Shown: piece by piece, positions 14,060 to 27,468 of the stretch
Layout: each line of letters opens with the position of its first letter
Numbering within the stretch: the stretch's first letter is position 1
NCBI GenBank assembly: GCA_903813345.2
Contig: CAIIXF020000001.1
Coordinates: 44,888,001-44,952,000 of the forward strand
Source of the DNA: Owenia fusiformis
Lineage: Eukaryota
DNA length: 64,000 nucleotides
Direction of reading: 5' to 3'
Notes under the pieces: generated by a model
Told to the model about the DNA's origin: nothing
Seen by the model: the letters and a program-made list of their open reading frames with translations, nothing else
Databases searched by the model: none
Made by a program: the position numbers and the translations under genes

Positions 14060-15303
14060 CCCGGGAGGTTCACTGTATACAAAATTCAGCGGGTTCCTAG
14101 GCTGAACCCTCAAATATGATCAATATGTTCCCATACCAATCTGTTAAATTTCAATGTGTTCCCATACTGACAAAAATAATGCCCCAAAGCACACCAAATG
14201 TCCAAATATAAGACCATTGCCATACCACATGTCCAGATGTAAGACTAAGGCCATTTAAAATGTCTAAAGCCCCGAGAAGAAGGCAGATCTTTGAGGAAAA
14301 CGATCCAAAACAACCTCAAACTAGAAAACTGCAACTCCGCGAAGTAGCAAATCCCAACGAACAATATATCAATTACCAAATTAATTCCAATCAGTCATAG
14401 AATTGAAAAATTTAGATTTTATGATTGCGAATTCCTGAAAGGCAGCCATTTTGAATTTTCTGAGGTACAAATCTGAAAAATAATACCATAATTGTGATCT
14501 ACTCTAAAATTCCTTCAATTTGAGTATAATATAGGCATACTTTGAAGGGATCGCAAAATTATTGCGAAATCCAACATTAGGCGGCCATTTTGAATTTCAC
14601 GAGGTCTGAATCTGAAAAAAGATACAATCAACTCTAAATTGCCTTTCATTTGAGTATAATAAAGCTATACTTCAGAAATACCTCAAAATTAACGAATATT
14701 TCTGTTTTCCTGACCCCCCATACACGGCCCCAGGGGGTCAGCATGAAAAACAAGGAATATATGTGAAATAAATAGATGTTGTGAATATACTACCAAAATT
14801 TCAAACAAAAATATTTATTACTTTGGTTTCGAATGAAAAATTCATGATTTTTACGAAAAAGTCTAGTCATTTTTAAAGCGGCGGCCATCATGGAAAATTT
14901 TTTTTTGGGTAAAACTATTCACCAATATACATCGTTCCACCAAATATGAAGAAAATCCGTCAACTGGTATTTGAGTTATCTTCCGGACGGACGGACGGAC
15001 GGACTGACAGACGGAGGGCTTCACTATATCCCTACAGAACTTCGTTCGTTGGGATAATTAAGGATATGTGTAACTACTAGACCAATGCCATACACAAGTG
15101 AGAGGCAATGTATTTTCCATGACCATTCTCATACCAGGAGTGGAAAAATCTGACCATTGCCATACCTCAAATCATAATTTAGGGGGCATTCTCATTCCAG
15201 ATCCTAAAAATTGGGTCCATTGCCATACCAAATGTCAAAAAAGGGACCCCACATGAGCCGAGGATCCCCCCCGTCAAGGTTTATATACAGTGAACACCCC
15301 AGG
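14060..15303. mobile_element. Probable MITE hosting the family B element
   Basis: Imperfect inverted ends GTTCACTGTATACAAA (~14069) / TTTATATACAGTGAAC (~15280). A related left-end sequence recurs at ~18180-18260. No clear TSD. Confidence 0.4.
14320..15059 (+). mobile_element. Non-autonomous Helentron-like element, family B, with (GACG/GACA)n microsatellite (other copies ~1-222, 5344-5539)
   Basis: Shared 5' ACTAGAAAAC.GCAACT...GTAGCAAATCCCA and 3' TTGAGTTATC...CGGACGGACGGA...TATATCCC...GAACTTCGTTCG.TGGGATAATT stem-loop end. Confidence 0.6.
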
Positions 15304-15638
15304 CTAGGAGCCCTGGCCCTGTGTCTAGTATTCAGTCAGTGAAACCCCTGCTCTAGCTAACCATCCCATTAAAAAAAATCAGGGTGATCAACTTTGGCCA
15401 AAAATCACTTGAACTGAGTTCTAAATTGTTGAAAAACTGCATGATTTTGAATGAATTTTTGTCCAGGCCGGTCTGAGGGGGGGTGATGCACACGTGGTTC
15501 ACGTCATGTCTGGCTTTTGAATGGTTTATCTGTAAAGTGCAACATCTACGTTATTTTGAACAAACAGATTGCCTTACAAAGGTAAAATATATAAAAGATA
15601 GTCCACTAGTATAGACAACTAGGCCTACATATACTCAC

Positions 15639-15700
15639 TTTTCTGCTTGACAATTCCCGCTTCCTTCACTTCCGTTAATTTCAACCGTGACACGCCACAT
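15639..15700 (-). promoter_or_regulatory. Candidate 5' non-coding first exon/promoter of the HECT gene
   Basis: Strong minus-strand donor AA|GTGAGT at 15638, preceded by a CGGAAGTG (ETS-like) motif. The ATG-containing exon has a splice acceptor at 12309-12310, so an upstream UTR exon is implied. Confidence 0.35.
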
Positions 15701-15959
15701 AAAGTTTTCCTTTACAGAAGACTTTTAAAAAATTTCAGACTTATCTAAAAATCTGAACTGACTTATGAATTTCCAAAATCAGTTTTGCAAAAAAAAATTG
15801 CAAAAATATTTCTAAAAAATTATTATAATTTCTATAAATCATTTTACATTTACATATTTGATTTTTGAAATCCTAAAATAGAGTCTAAAGTTTTAAGGAT
15901 TTTCTAAAAGTGTTTTTTTATATATATTTTGAAATTAAAAAATTAAATTTTCAAATTAC

Positions 15960-16242
15960 AAAAGTTACTTCAATTTTTATTAAAGTTTTTGAATTTTAAA
16001 TAAGTGTTTTGCGAGTTTTCAAAAGTTATTTATGATTTTAAAAAACTATTTACATTTTTATTTAAGTTTTTAAATTTTCAATAAGTATTATGTGAGTTTT
16101 TATAAGTTAATTATGATTTTAAAAAACTATTTTTATTTTTATTAAAGTTTTTAAATTTTCAATAAGTATTTTGTGAGTTTTTAAAAGTTAATTATGATTT
16201 TCAAAAATAGAAATGAAAAAATGTCCCTTTTAAAGCTTCGTA
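15960..16242. mobile_element. Putative terminus of an IS3EU-like DNA transposon with subterminal ~81-bp AT-rich tandem repeats
   Basis: The minus strand reads TACGAAGCTTTAAAAGGGACAT from 16242, resembling my recollection of TAYGGAGC...AGGGACAT IS3EU ends. About 3 tandem ~81-bp units lie immediately inside. The partner end is not in the window. Confidence 0.4.
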
Positions 16243-16414
16243 GATTACAGTTAGACTCAGTCTATCTAGTTTGATTAGAGTCTGCTTTGAAGGATGTGTC
16301 TAAAGAAACTTTATTAATCCATTAATCCATAAACAAAACAAAAATAATTTGGCAAGGCAAAACAAACCTTATTATATCAGTTTGATTAGAGTCTGCTATA
16401 AAGGAAGCATCCTA

Positions 16415-17328
16415 CACGGGATACTAGAGTATCCGCGTATATTGAGTATGACCGGTTCTAAGCTTACGAGTGTGACCGTATTTCTGTTCCTATAAACAGA
16501 CGAGGTGAGTACTTGCTTTTTATGAACACTTTCGAACGTTTTCTTTTTATCCTACTTGTTCAATGAATGATACTTGGTATACTTATAATGCCAGGCATAT
16601 CACAAGGGGCCTTAATCAAGAGAAAACGTATTAATATTAGATTGAAGCCGTAAAATCCTAGTTTCCAGCATCTTTGATCAGTTTTTGTGTAACACAACGC
16701 AACTCCGAAGAGGATGACACATCTTATGTATAATATATAGCTAGATCTACGAATTAGTCATGAATATTTTAAATAATTTAGCCTGCTCTGTCCAAATATG
16801 ATACATCTTTGAATTTTTGAGAATACGAATGTCACTGGTGCTCCATTATTGGAGAATACGATTGTGAAACAATCAGTGGGCCGTGTTACACTCGTTTCCA
16901 TGACATTTCACAAGCGTATCCTCTGGGAAAAGATAAATCCTTCTCTTGCTCACTCTACGGGGATCATATAAACTGAGATTTGGAGATCTTGTTCAGGTTA
17001 GCCATAAAAAGGTTTGGGATTTGTTTTTTTCTACTGTGATATTAATGATTTGGCTCTAAGGCGAGAATTTTGTACTTTCTTATTGATATTCCATTATGAA
17101 CAGTTACATTGCTAAAATAGCTCATGTTTAACATTTTTTTGTTACATGACTATTAAATACAGCATAAACTATATTCAACAAACACAATTTCAAAAAGGAT
17201 AATATAGAAGTTAACCTTTATTTTCCATTTTTAAGCAGCTGTGCCTCTCATGACTTTCCAAAACAGGTCATATTCGTAGCCTAAGAACCGGTCATACTCA
17301 ATATACGCGGATACTCTAGTTACCCGTG
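16415..17328. mobile_element. Unclassified MITE with CAC...GTG termini and 6-bp TSD (ATCCTA)
   Basis: Long TIRs CACGGGATACTAGAGTATCCGCGTATATTGAGTATGACCGGTTCT and reverse complement. ATCCTA occurs at 16409-16414 and 17329-17334. Confidence 0.88.
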
Positions 17329-17831
17329 ATCCTATGTAATTTAAATTATTCCATACACAGAACTTGATAAATAATTTGCCAAAGAAAATCTCCCATATTT
17401 TCCTCCAGATTTTTCCAAGTTTAGAGTTTTGAAAAATAAGCCCTGTTTTTGGTTTTTATTTTTTAATCATCAAAACATATCATTTAAACTGAAAACACTT
17501 TTCAGTACAAATGCTCTGCCCTAGTGAATAAAGTAAAACCATGGACTTTCAATCTATTGAATACCTTTGGTAAAACAAACTAAATAAAAATGAAATAAAA
17601 AATTCTGAAAATATTATTTGCAGTTTCAAATACTTGCTATTTGGGATTTCTCAGCACTTATTGAAGTAATTGAATAAAGAAATAAACCCTCAAAAATCTG
17701 AAAACACTTTTTAAATTTTAACTCCCCCCCCTCTGCATGAAATAGATAATTAAAATAAATATATAGTATAACACAAGATGACAATAGATATAACAGAAAC
17801 TAGGACTATGAACCCTTTTTCTGGTCAAGCA

Positions 17832-17912
17832 TTTTAATTAGCCGTTCAACCGTTTTAATTAGCTGTTCAACCGTTTTAATTAGCTGTTCAACCGTTTTAA
17901 TTGGCTGTTCAA
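17832..17912 (+). repeat. 21-bp tandem repeat (TTTTAATTAGCTGTTCAACCG) x~4
   Basis: Directly visible. Confidence 0.85.
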
Positions 17913-20900
17913 GCATTTTGATTTTCTTAAACCCATGAGAATATCAATATGTAGTAGGTATTGTTGTGTTGAGCATTGTTATAAAAAATATTTGCCAAGA
18001 AAGAACATGGTAATTAAATCTGTTGTGAATAATGTGTTTCACACATAATATACAGTCAATATCAAAATAGTCCTCTTGTTTGTATTTTTTAAATTTTAGT
18101 GAGTCATACTCTTGATATTTGGTGTTAACTACACATGGATACATTTGAAGACCCATTTTGCTGGGGGGCGGGCTGACTACTGGCCTGTTCATTGTATATA
18201 AATTTGCGGGGGTCCTGAGCTAAACCCTCCGATATCAATATGTTCCCAAACCAATCTATTTGTATATCATGGGAATAGCAATAATCCATCTACTTTGAGA
18301 AATTTTTACTGAAATTATTAATTCAGATGTTTTCCATTGAAACTGTGAAAATTAACTCTTTGGTGCCTGAATGCATTATTACTATAAAAACATTTTCACT
18401 AAATAAAGCAATCAACTTGTGATAACATGTTTGTATTATTTTGTACATCATACCCTGCTTCTTTTGATCATACATGTATATCAGTCTAATCATGAACAAA
18501 AACAATGGTGTCTCATCTTGTGATTTTGTTAAGTTTAAAGGAAATCTTAAGATTTTCTTAACCAAATTGGAATTTTGCTCAATTCTTTTCATAATTAACA
18601 TTAAAAATACATTATTTTGGCAATATCAGATAACGGGAAATAAACACTAGATATGGTACTTTTAATTGTGTAAATAATGTAAATGACAGAGAACATAAAT
18701 TATCATATGCCATTGAGTGGAAAACTAGTCTGGTATCGCATTCCTAAATCCGTACTGGAGAAAGAAACATATGAACATGAATTTAGTAATTTACTATAAT
18801 AAACATGCATGTATGCTTGCAGAAAAAATATCCTAATATACTGTTGTTGAATAGAGGTAGATTCAAATCCTTACTTAAAGATAATTTTAATTCAAGTAAA
18901 ATGATAACTATTTTGGAACGATACCAATTCAGGATGGTTGCAGGGCTTGAACTATGTAATCATTGAACAAAACATATTGCAACCATTTACATTTCACTGT
19001 GAAATGGTTGCAGTTTACAATGGTTGCAGATTACAATGATTGTATAGAAATGGTTGCGCAGTCATTGAAAAAGAGTTGACTTTGTTTGGTTGAACGCAAT
19101 GGTTGCACAATGATTGCTTATCACCGTACAATGGTTTTTCCTTTGATCTTAGTAGTTGAAACAATCAGTATTCAATGATTGATGGAAACGGTTTAAATTC
19201 GGACTTTCAAGGTTGAATTTTTTATAAGGGTACATTAGTTAAGACTACAATAGCATGGATTACAGTAAACTTTACACGGGGCCTTTAATAGGGCAAGCAG
19301 ATTGATAAATGAAGAAGCAAATCAATCTTTTCGAATGTACATATATCATCCATAATCTCAAAAAGCTGGTTTTATGTGCGAGCATGTTGTAAAAACTAAG
19401 CGGTAATTGATATGAGTTACGGGTGTTAGTTTATTATGAAAACTGGCACATTTATGAAAACCAAAACAAATTACAGGTCGCAAAACAAATCGTTTCTTTT
19501 TAGCAAGTTGCAGACAAGTTCAGTATCTTCACAGCCTCTTGAAGATATTATTATGATATCAGATAAAAATATTGTAGGTCATCAAGTCAACCATAGAGGT
19601 ATTTCAGCTATATATGCAATTGTTTTTGTGTATGAGCCCTACGATGAGGCCAAACAGCTTGAAGTCGTATAGACGATGATGCTTTCTTTTTAAGAATCGA
19701 AATCAAACTAGATGGGCATGATGGGCCAACAAAAATACATCATTCTTTGTCAAAACAGATCGTGTAGTGTTAGAGGTAATAATGTTTTACAGTTGAGGTA
19801 ATAATCTACCAAAATGCATCTTATATCCATCAAAAACTGCTATATATATGCACTTTCAGGACTTGGTCATTTCAAAATTATTGTATATAATTTACATGTG
19901 TGTGTTTTTTTTGAAAAATACCTCAAATGAATCTCGAGATTCGGTACAAGAGTACATTCACTGGCCTCAACAGCAATTAAAGCAAGGCTTGACATCATGC
20001 GTCAATCAGATGACACAACAGCACCTTTACCAAAAAGCAACCAAAACGAGTGGTTTGCATCTGTATACATTTCAGCGACCTACACATCAAACACGTATCC
20101 AAAACATCGGATTGAAATCTAAATATTTCAAACTCAGAGATAATCTCGGATTACAACAGCCGGGAAACTAAATTTTTGGCCAATACTCATCATTTACATT
20201 GTTAAACTATATATCGTTCTAATTATCAGTAGTAGAATGCAGTTTCAAATATTTAAACCGAAGACATACTACCATGGTGACCATCACTATGGTGACTGTT
20301 GACAGTGAAACCGAAAACAATGGATAGCACACATTCATATATGATAAGATATTTTGCCGGGAATTTCTTGTTTTTACTGTACTTCTATTCATAGATTTAC
20401 TCTTGAAAATATACTTTTTTTACTATGGATAAAGCCATGAATAAAAGCAACTACAGAACGCTGCATGGTTTGGTTAAAATTAGCCCAAAAGAAAATCTGG
20501 GTGCCAAGCTAGCCATTAGTATGCCACACATCTGTAATATAATGATTAAGTATGATGGACTAAAATAATAATATTGTGTTTTACTTCTGCATCGTGTAAC
20601 TTCAGAGTAAATTAATGATTTGTTACTCCACACTCATTTGGATTACATTTCAGTTTAGTGAAAATGATAAGTTTTTTATTGCAAAAGCATCCTTTGCATT
20701 CCTTTGACTTCGCTTCTAAAAGAGGGGTTCGTAGTTTATCGCTAGACTCTGCACAATGGTTTAACACCATGGGCTTCCATGGTAACACGCATCTCGGGGA
20801 GTAGTTTCTTTTTTCATAATTCTCTTGAATCTTGAAACTGGTTCACAAAATAAAACATAGCAAAATTATATCACAGATTATATCTCGATGTTTTCAAGAG

Positions 20901-21402
20901 GGTAATTAATTAAACATAGCGGCATGTCTGGAAATTACAAATTTTTACGTAATGGATCATCATCATCACTTGGAGCCATAGAGAACTGACGAGCCCATGG
21001 GTTTGGAATGATCTCATGTATCTTCAGTAGGGTGATAATTAATAACTGGAAATTAATATCACACTCTACGCATGAATTGCATTCTCTATCAAAGGTATAG
21101 AACACTCTGAAGAAGGCCCGAGAAAGGGACAGAAAATTGGGAAAAATAAAGTTCCACTCTTATTTTGCACCCTATAATAATCTATTGATTAATGCGTTTG
21201 CGCTATACCTGCTATCATGTCGTTTTTTTCTTTGATACAGTTGATGTATTGGCATAGACAACACTACAAGATATAGTATCACTCTTTTTTTCATTAGAAC
21301 AATTTTTTGAAAGTGGATCTCGATAATAGGGGATATTGATATGCACAACTCCACATTTGTGAAATGAAAATAATTTTTTGTTCTAGATCTAGGTCGCTGT
21401 TA

Positions 21403-23175
21403 CTATAAGTACGCTATTGGTGCACACTCCCGTTTCACAATAAACAATGAAATGTGACGTTATGAAAAATATTCTCGCAATTTGACGAACATTCGACGAC
21501 GTCGTTATTCCTTCGAAATTCACTGAAGCATGAACATAAAATTATGAAAATGACACATTACATTTTTATTACCTACATTCTATCTAAAGAATGAATCGAT
21601 GAAAAGGTATTTCAAAACAAACCAAGCAACTTCAATCAAAACATCGATTTAAAATTGAATAAACATGGAAACCAAGACAAATATTCTGAACTATAAAATT
21701 GAAAAATTTGTACTAATCTTCCATTTTTGATGAATTTATATGCAAATCCTACAAGATATAATCATTAATAATACCAATAGATAATCATTACATCAAAATG
21801 ACATGTGCATCTTTATTTCAAATGAGAATTCATCATGATTGAAAGTTATGATTTGTTCTGTTAACTTTTGATGCGGGACTCATCAATCGCGCGCTTTTTA
21901 CGTTTTCTCGCGTATTATAACCTATAGCGCGGAAATGTCTCTATTCTTTAAGACTCAAAGAATACGGTATATGTTCATGAAGAAGTATGGTTTACCCTAT
22001 CATTTGGTACCACTGTAATGTATGGAACATGCGCAGGCAAATAAAAAAGCTATCCAATTATTTCAATAAAATCTGTCCGCGCTAATTCCGATGAAAGGGG
22101 ACACAAAGTCCCCATTTTGTGTGTAAAATGACGTCAAAACGGTCTATGCACATTTAGTTCAGACTCTGGTATCATTCATTTTAAAAGGTTAAAAACTAAA
22201 ATAGAGTCTCTAATTTTTTAATACATTATAATCACCTGATGCGCAGCTGAGAAATTTTTTTTTAGGACCCAAAATATTAACATACTCACACTCGCATTGA
22301 TTGAAAATGCCCAATTGATTTTAACGGGGATTTTTATCACTGAGGCTTCACTTGGACATTTTTCAATATTTAATAGAATTTACGAGGTTGATATGGCCAC
22401 CAGGTCATCAAATATACTTTTTTGTAGAACAAACATCTTCTTTATTGTTGACCATAAGAATTTGAGATGATTCATAGCAATTTAAAAGACTTAGATGGCT
22501 TAGAACATATCTACCGTGGTAAAAAATAACGTAATTTTGACGAGGCTTCACTCCTAATATTTCGTACAAAATCCATCGTGGCTGATACGTTTACATCTGA
22601 ATCACTGATAAGTATAGTTTCAGTATGTTCGTGAAACTTTTCCGGATCTAACAATATAACAACTGTATGACAAACTGCTATATAACTCACAAAATCTACA
22701 TTTAAGTACCATACGCAGGCTGAAAAAGCCAGAGTTGAACACGAGTCACTCACAATTACGATTGCGACAATAGCTATTGTGACGTCATACGCTATTCGTT
22801 ATTTGTAAATATTTATGCATAAAATTGATGATACATGAAATAGGGTATTATCCTGAAAATATCATAAACATTGATGGAACAGTTAAAAAGATATATACTT
22901 TTACATACTACATGCCATTTTGTTCCGTTCCTCGTTGAAACGTTGAACACGCCTTATTATTCAATTGAGAGCTATTTCGAAGGGCTGTGAATTGAATAAC
23001 CATAGAGGATATTTCATAAAATTCAGTTCGAATAATTGCATTATATAATAGCAAGAAGGATATATAAAAATTATTATAAATTATGTCGAAATACATGTTA
23101 AACGAAGACCGAGATCTTTATAGACGTCTTAATTATATTGGCGATTTCAAATGTGTACCAATAGCGTACTTATAG
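21403..23175. mobile_element. Non-autonomous DNA transposon with TA TSD
   Basis: TIRs CTATAAGTACGCTATTGGTGCACA / TGTGTACCAATAGCGTACTTATAG flanked by TA. No transposase ORF inside. Confidence 0.75.
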
Positions 23176-25258
23176 TATGTATGATTCTTATCCATATTGA
23201 ATAGCACTTTAACGATTAAAGCTCAAGGGTAATTAAATTAAATGAGACTCAATGAAAACTTCTTGATGATCAAATATGTAAAAAGAAACACTTGATTCAG
23301 TCGACGAGTTGGAGATTCCAAACTTTTGTAGGGGGTGTACCATTTTATCAATATTGTTATCCATTATTGATAATCACATAGTTTCATATCACTAATAATG
23401 AACTATCTTATATGTTTCCTACTTTGAAAAAAACAACAACAATAGAACATATCATAAGATCTCATAACCTTACTAGCTTTACATCGTCAGAAGTTCAAAT
23501 AATAGGCAGTTGCACATTTGCGCATACTGAAAGCCTTTAGATATGATCATAGTAATTATTCTAATAAATTGCAAGAACGCAAGTTACCAAGGAAATATTG
23601 CTCCAAGACCCCCTACCCTACTTGAACAGCCTGTTGTTAAAGTAGATAGGGAGGGGGGGGGTCCGACCATCTATCTATTTAATTGGTTCTCATCATCAAG
23701 AATTATCTGAAATTTTCAATCACAAATTCATTTTGATGAGTTGATAATGATGTACAAAAATATTTTTGAGATATGGTATATGAAATAATAAGGGTTAGAA
23801 ATGGAAACGTAAACGATGGCTAAAAACGTAAACGATGCTCGCAATTTTGCGATTCTAGCTTTAAGTAACCGTTATAATAATTTGCAGTCTCGGAAAATGC
23901 ATTTTATTATAAGTTTTATAACATTTATGAGTATTATTTAGCCTCGAGAACTAGTAATAGAACGGCACATTTGTTTTGCAATCGGTCGTTATAGAAAGCA
24001 GCATTCTCATTTAGTACGTTTTCATAACATTTACAAACGGGTGGAAGTTCTAGAATAGTACGTCGGAGAAAAAGAAATGGTCGATGGAGCAGTTTGATCA
24101 TTCAATAATATTACAAAATAATCATTTTGGATTATGGGGTTGCTGAACTAGTTTTATGTTATTTATATTAGTACAAAGTATATATTTAGTATTATCGATA
24201 ATTCGCAAGCCTGACTTGATTGTACATGACCAACTGGCGCACTTGGCTGTAGATAAACACGCTACCTGCAATGGTAAAAGAAAATGATGGTACTCTTCTC
24301 CATTTGTAGCACCGTCAAAGTTTAAATCTAGAAGATTATTCGCAACTACATAGCAAATTACATTCGAAGTCAGACGAAAATGTTATGGGAAAAACAACTT
24401 ATTGAACCAGAGAGACTTGGAATCCTGATTTCTTTTCATTAATCATAGAAATATGAAATCAGAAGTTTGTGGCCGGACGTTCGGGAAAAGGTGTAACCAT
24501 ATTGTGGAAAGATTAGCAGAAATATCGGGAGGTATTTGGTGAATTATCCGATAACACGTGAAGAAATTTACGCACAGGTACCTCGCAGATAGCAAACTAC
24601 AATCGTTACAAAAAATAATCATACAAAAAAGTTTGGAGCATAAGTAATAAATTTGATCTGCCTTGCGTAGTTTTACTACTCACAGCGGATACCAATCAAA
24701 ATCAGATAACGCTCTGGACCTCTCTACTCCCCGCTGTCCCAGAGGCAATCAAGAAATGGGGGAAGGTGTAAGACTATCATTCAGTATTTATAGGCTTCCC
24801 AAGAATATAAGACAGATTGGTCCACAGGAAAATACTGCAACAAAGACATGATGGATAAAGTAGAAAAACATCCAAAAGGTGAGTCCTCTACTCGGTTTGG
24901 CCCTCAGGAAATTATTGTAACAAAATCATTTAATTTGGATGAATTGCAACTCCTTAAGACAGGTTCGTCAATATTTCGAATATATTCCAAATAGGATATG
25001 GATAAAGTGGAAAAACAACCGAAAGGTGAGTGCTAATACACATAACATTGTTTAATAACGTAAGTAAGTATATCTATCTAATCTATGTAAATTGTATTTT
25101 TCACAATAATCACATTTAAACATTATTATACTGTTAGACACTCGAGTAAATCCTTTGTATCAGAACGCCTCTCAAAGTAAAATCTTATTCGGCCACATAA
25201 TTTCCTCTTTCCCATTGCCTCAAATGTTCAAACACACAACGTCAAACAAAAAATAAAA

Positions 25259-26031
25259 ATAGTACCGTGGGTACTGGGCTCACATGGTGTTGCTCAAAAG
25301 TGAATAATGGCTAAAATGACAACACAAAAACGGGTATACTTTTGCCGATTTTTTGTAACAAAATTATGTCATACAACTGCTCTTTACAAAGACATGGCAG
25401 GGCACCTGAAATTATTTGTAAAGCTAGGAAATGTGCCAAAAGTGAATTTCGCAAGACAAAAATGGCGACCATTTTGAAAATAGGCGAGCTTTTGAACCAG
25501 GAGTCATAGGGGAGTTTTTTGTATTGATGTTGAACCAAAATAACTTAAAACTGGAATCCTATCGACAGAGGTTTTAATGCAAATAGTCCAAAAGAGGATT
25601 TCGCTAGACAGATGGATAAATCAATGTTAACTAAAATGGCTGAAAATAAAAAACGGATATAATTACTCTTTACAGTGACAAACGTGCCACTATTGTTGGT
25701 CCAAAAGTGGAATTCGCAAGACAGATGGACAAATCAATATTAACTAAATTGAAAATAAAAAAACGGATGTAGTTTTTTGCTGATTTTTTGTAACACAATT
25801 ATTTCATACAACTACTCTTCACTTTGACATGGATTTTAACAATGCAGGACACCTGAAATTATTTGTAAAGCTAGGAAATGGGTCAAAATTGAATTTCACG
25901 AGATGGTGTTGAACAAAAAGAACTTAAAACGGGGATCCTATCGACACTAATCTATCCACGGACGCACGCACGCACTCACGGACAGACAGACGGACAAGTG
26001 AGTGATTGCAAAAGCTCACCATGTGAGCTAA
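25259..26031 (+). mobile_element. Helentron/HINE-like non-autonomous element with GACA/GCAC microsatellite and 3' stem-loop
   Basis: 5' GGGCTCACATGGTG, internal duplicated segments, (GCAC/GACA)n, and 3' AGCTCACCATGTGAGCT hairpin. Confidence 0.5.
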
Positions 26032-26572
26032 TACATGTTAAAAAACATATACCTGCAATCCCGAACAGGTTTGACAGATTCTTGAGTTGGGTTCAGATTA
26101 GACAGGTTCTACTATAATCCCAAATTACTCAATGAGGAATACATTTGATCGCCAGAATAATTGATATTTATTTTCAAATAAATATATTTAGATCGGAACT
26201 GCAAATAAAACAGATATTCAAGGAGATAAATCAATCTATTGTAATTATAGTTTATTTAAAGAAACTGCAGTAGGAGATTATCAAGAAGAGGAAAGTACCT
26301 GATAAAAAGTTAGGCTTAATTGATTTATTATAGACTGAGGCAGCAATAAAGAAATGAATCATTACCTTGAATGACTACGTTCAAATTCCTACAGCTGTAG
26401 TTAGAAGTGTGCCGTTATAACTATAAACTAGAGGCAGGACTTTGACCCAAATGAATGACTTTTTCTAAGTTTACCAAGCATTTGCCGTACTATTAAATCA
26501 AAGGACCATCATTATGTTTGTTGATAGTTCCCCGTACTCTTAAAGCAATGGACCATCACCATGCGTGTTGGT

Positions 26573-27468
26573 ACCCTGAGCGCAGAGTGTAGCTATAAAC
26601 AGAGATCACGGTAGACGTTCGCCATTCGCCAATCGCGAATTTTCGAAAGAGGTGGCGAAAAATATGTAAAGGTATTTCGCAGTTATGGCGAATTAGAGGT
26701 GTCACGGTTTCCCGATATTGGACCGAATTTCGATTCAGATGCTTCGGTTCGGGACATGGGACAGAAAGAGTTAATATAGGTACATAGATTCCTTCCCTAA
26801 AATGCATAAAAACGTGTATAAATAGCGAGGAACACCTCCGATTTCGTTCTGAAAAATTAAATATTTTCACTTACCTCGTACCTAGATTACACTTCTTTGC
26901 ACTGAAAAGTGTTATTAACGGACCCGCGATTTCAGGTAGATGGTAATGCTTGTTCGTAAATTTCTTCATCGTCGTTCGCAAATCGAGTGCATTATCAGTA
27001 TGCCGGATGTAGGAAAGAAATTGAAAAATCGAGCCGGCATCTAAGTCGAAAAAGTCGGCAGTTTTGAAGTATTTTGGGACTCCGATATCACAAGGTAAAC
27101 AAATTGGTGATATTACACCGTGCAGACTATGTGAAATGCCGATCACATTCGCGGCAGATGCTTTACATTCAATTTTAATTGACGTTTTTTTATTTCTGAA
27201 TATGATTTTGAAAAGTGAAACTGAAAGTGAAAGTGAAACTGTCATCATCAGACATTGTATCATTTTTAACGTTCCTTTTTTACGGTTTTTCAAAATGGCT
27301 AATTCATATTTTGGTTGGCGAAATTTTTTTTGGAAGATTTAGCCACAATGGCTAACAAGTTTTTTCAACTATCGTGATCTCTGCTATAAATTACGAATAC
27401 ACTACTGAAGACGAAGCCGAGAGACGAAGCTCTCTTTTGAGAAGCGAAGTCGAACGAATGCAAAGGGG
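26573..27468. mobile_element. Short (~105 bp) interspersed element split by the P-like MITE, 9-bp TSD CGTGTTGGT
   Basis: The rejoined sequence matches minus-strand copies at ~6663-6741 and ~20690-20755. CGTGTTGGT occurs at 26564-26572 and 27469-27477. Confidence 0.6.
26600..27383. mobile_element. P-superfamily-like MITE (CAGAG termini, 7-bp TSD CTATAAA)
   Basis: TIR CAGAGATCACGGTAG / CTATCGTGATCTCTG. CTATAAA occurs at 26593-26599 and 27384-27390. Confidence 0.75.
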
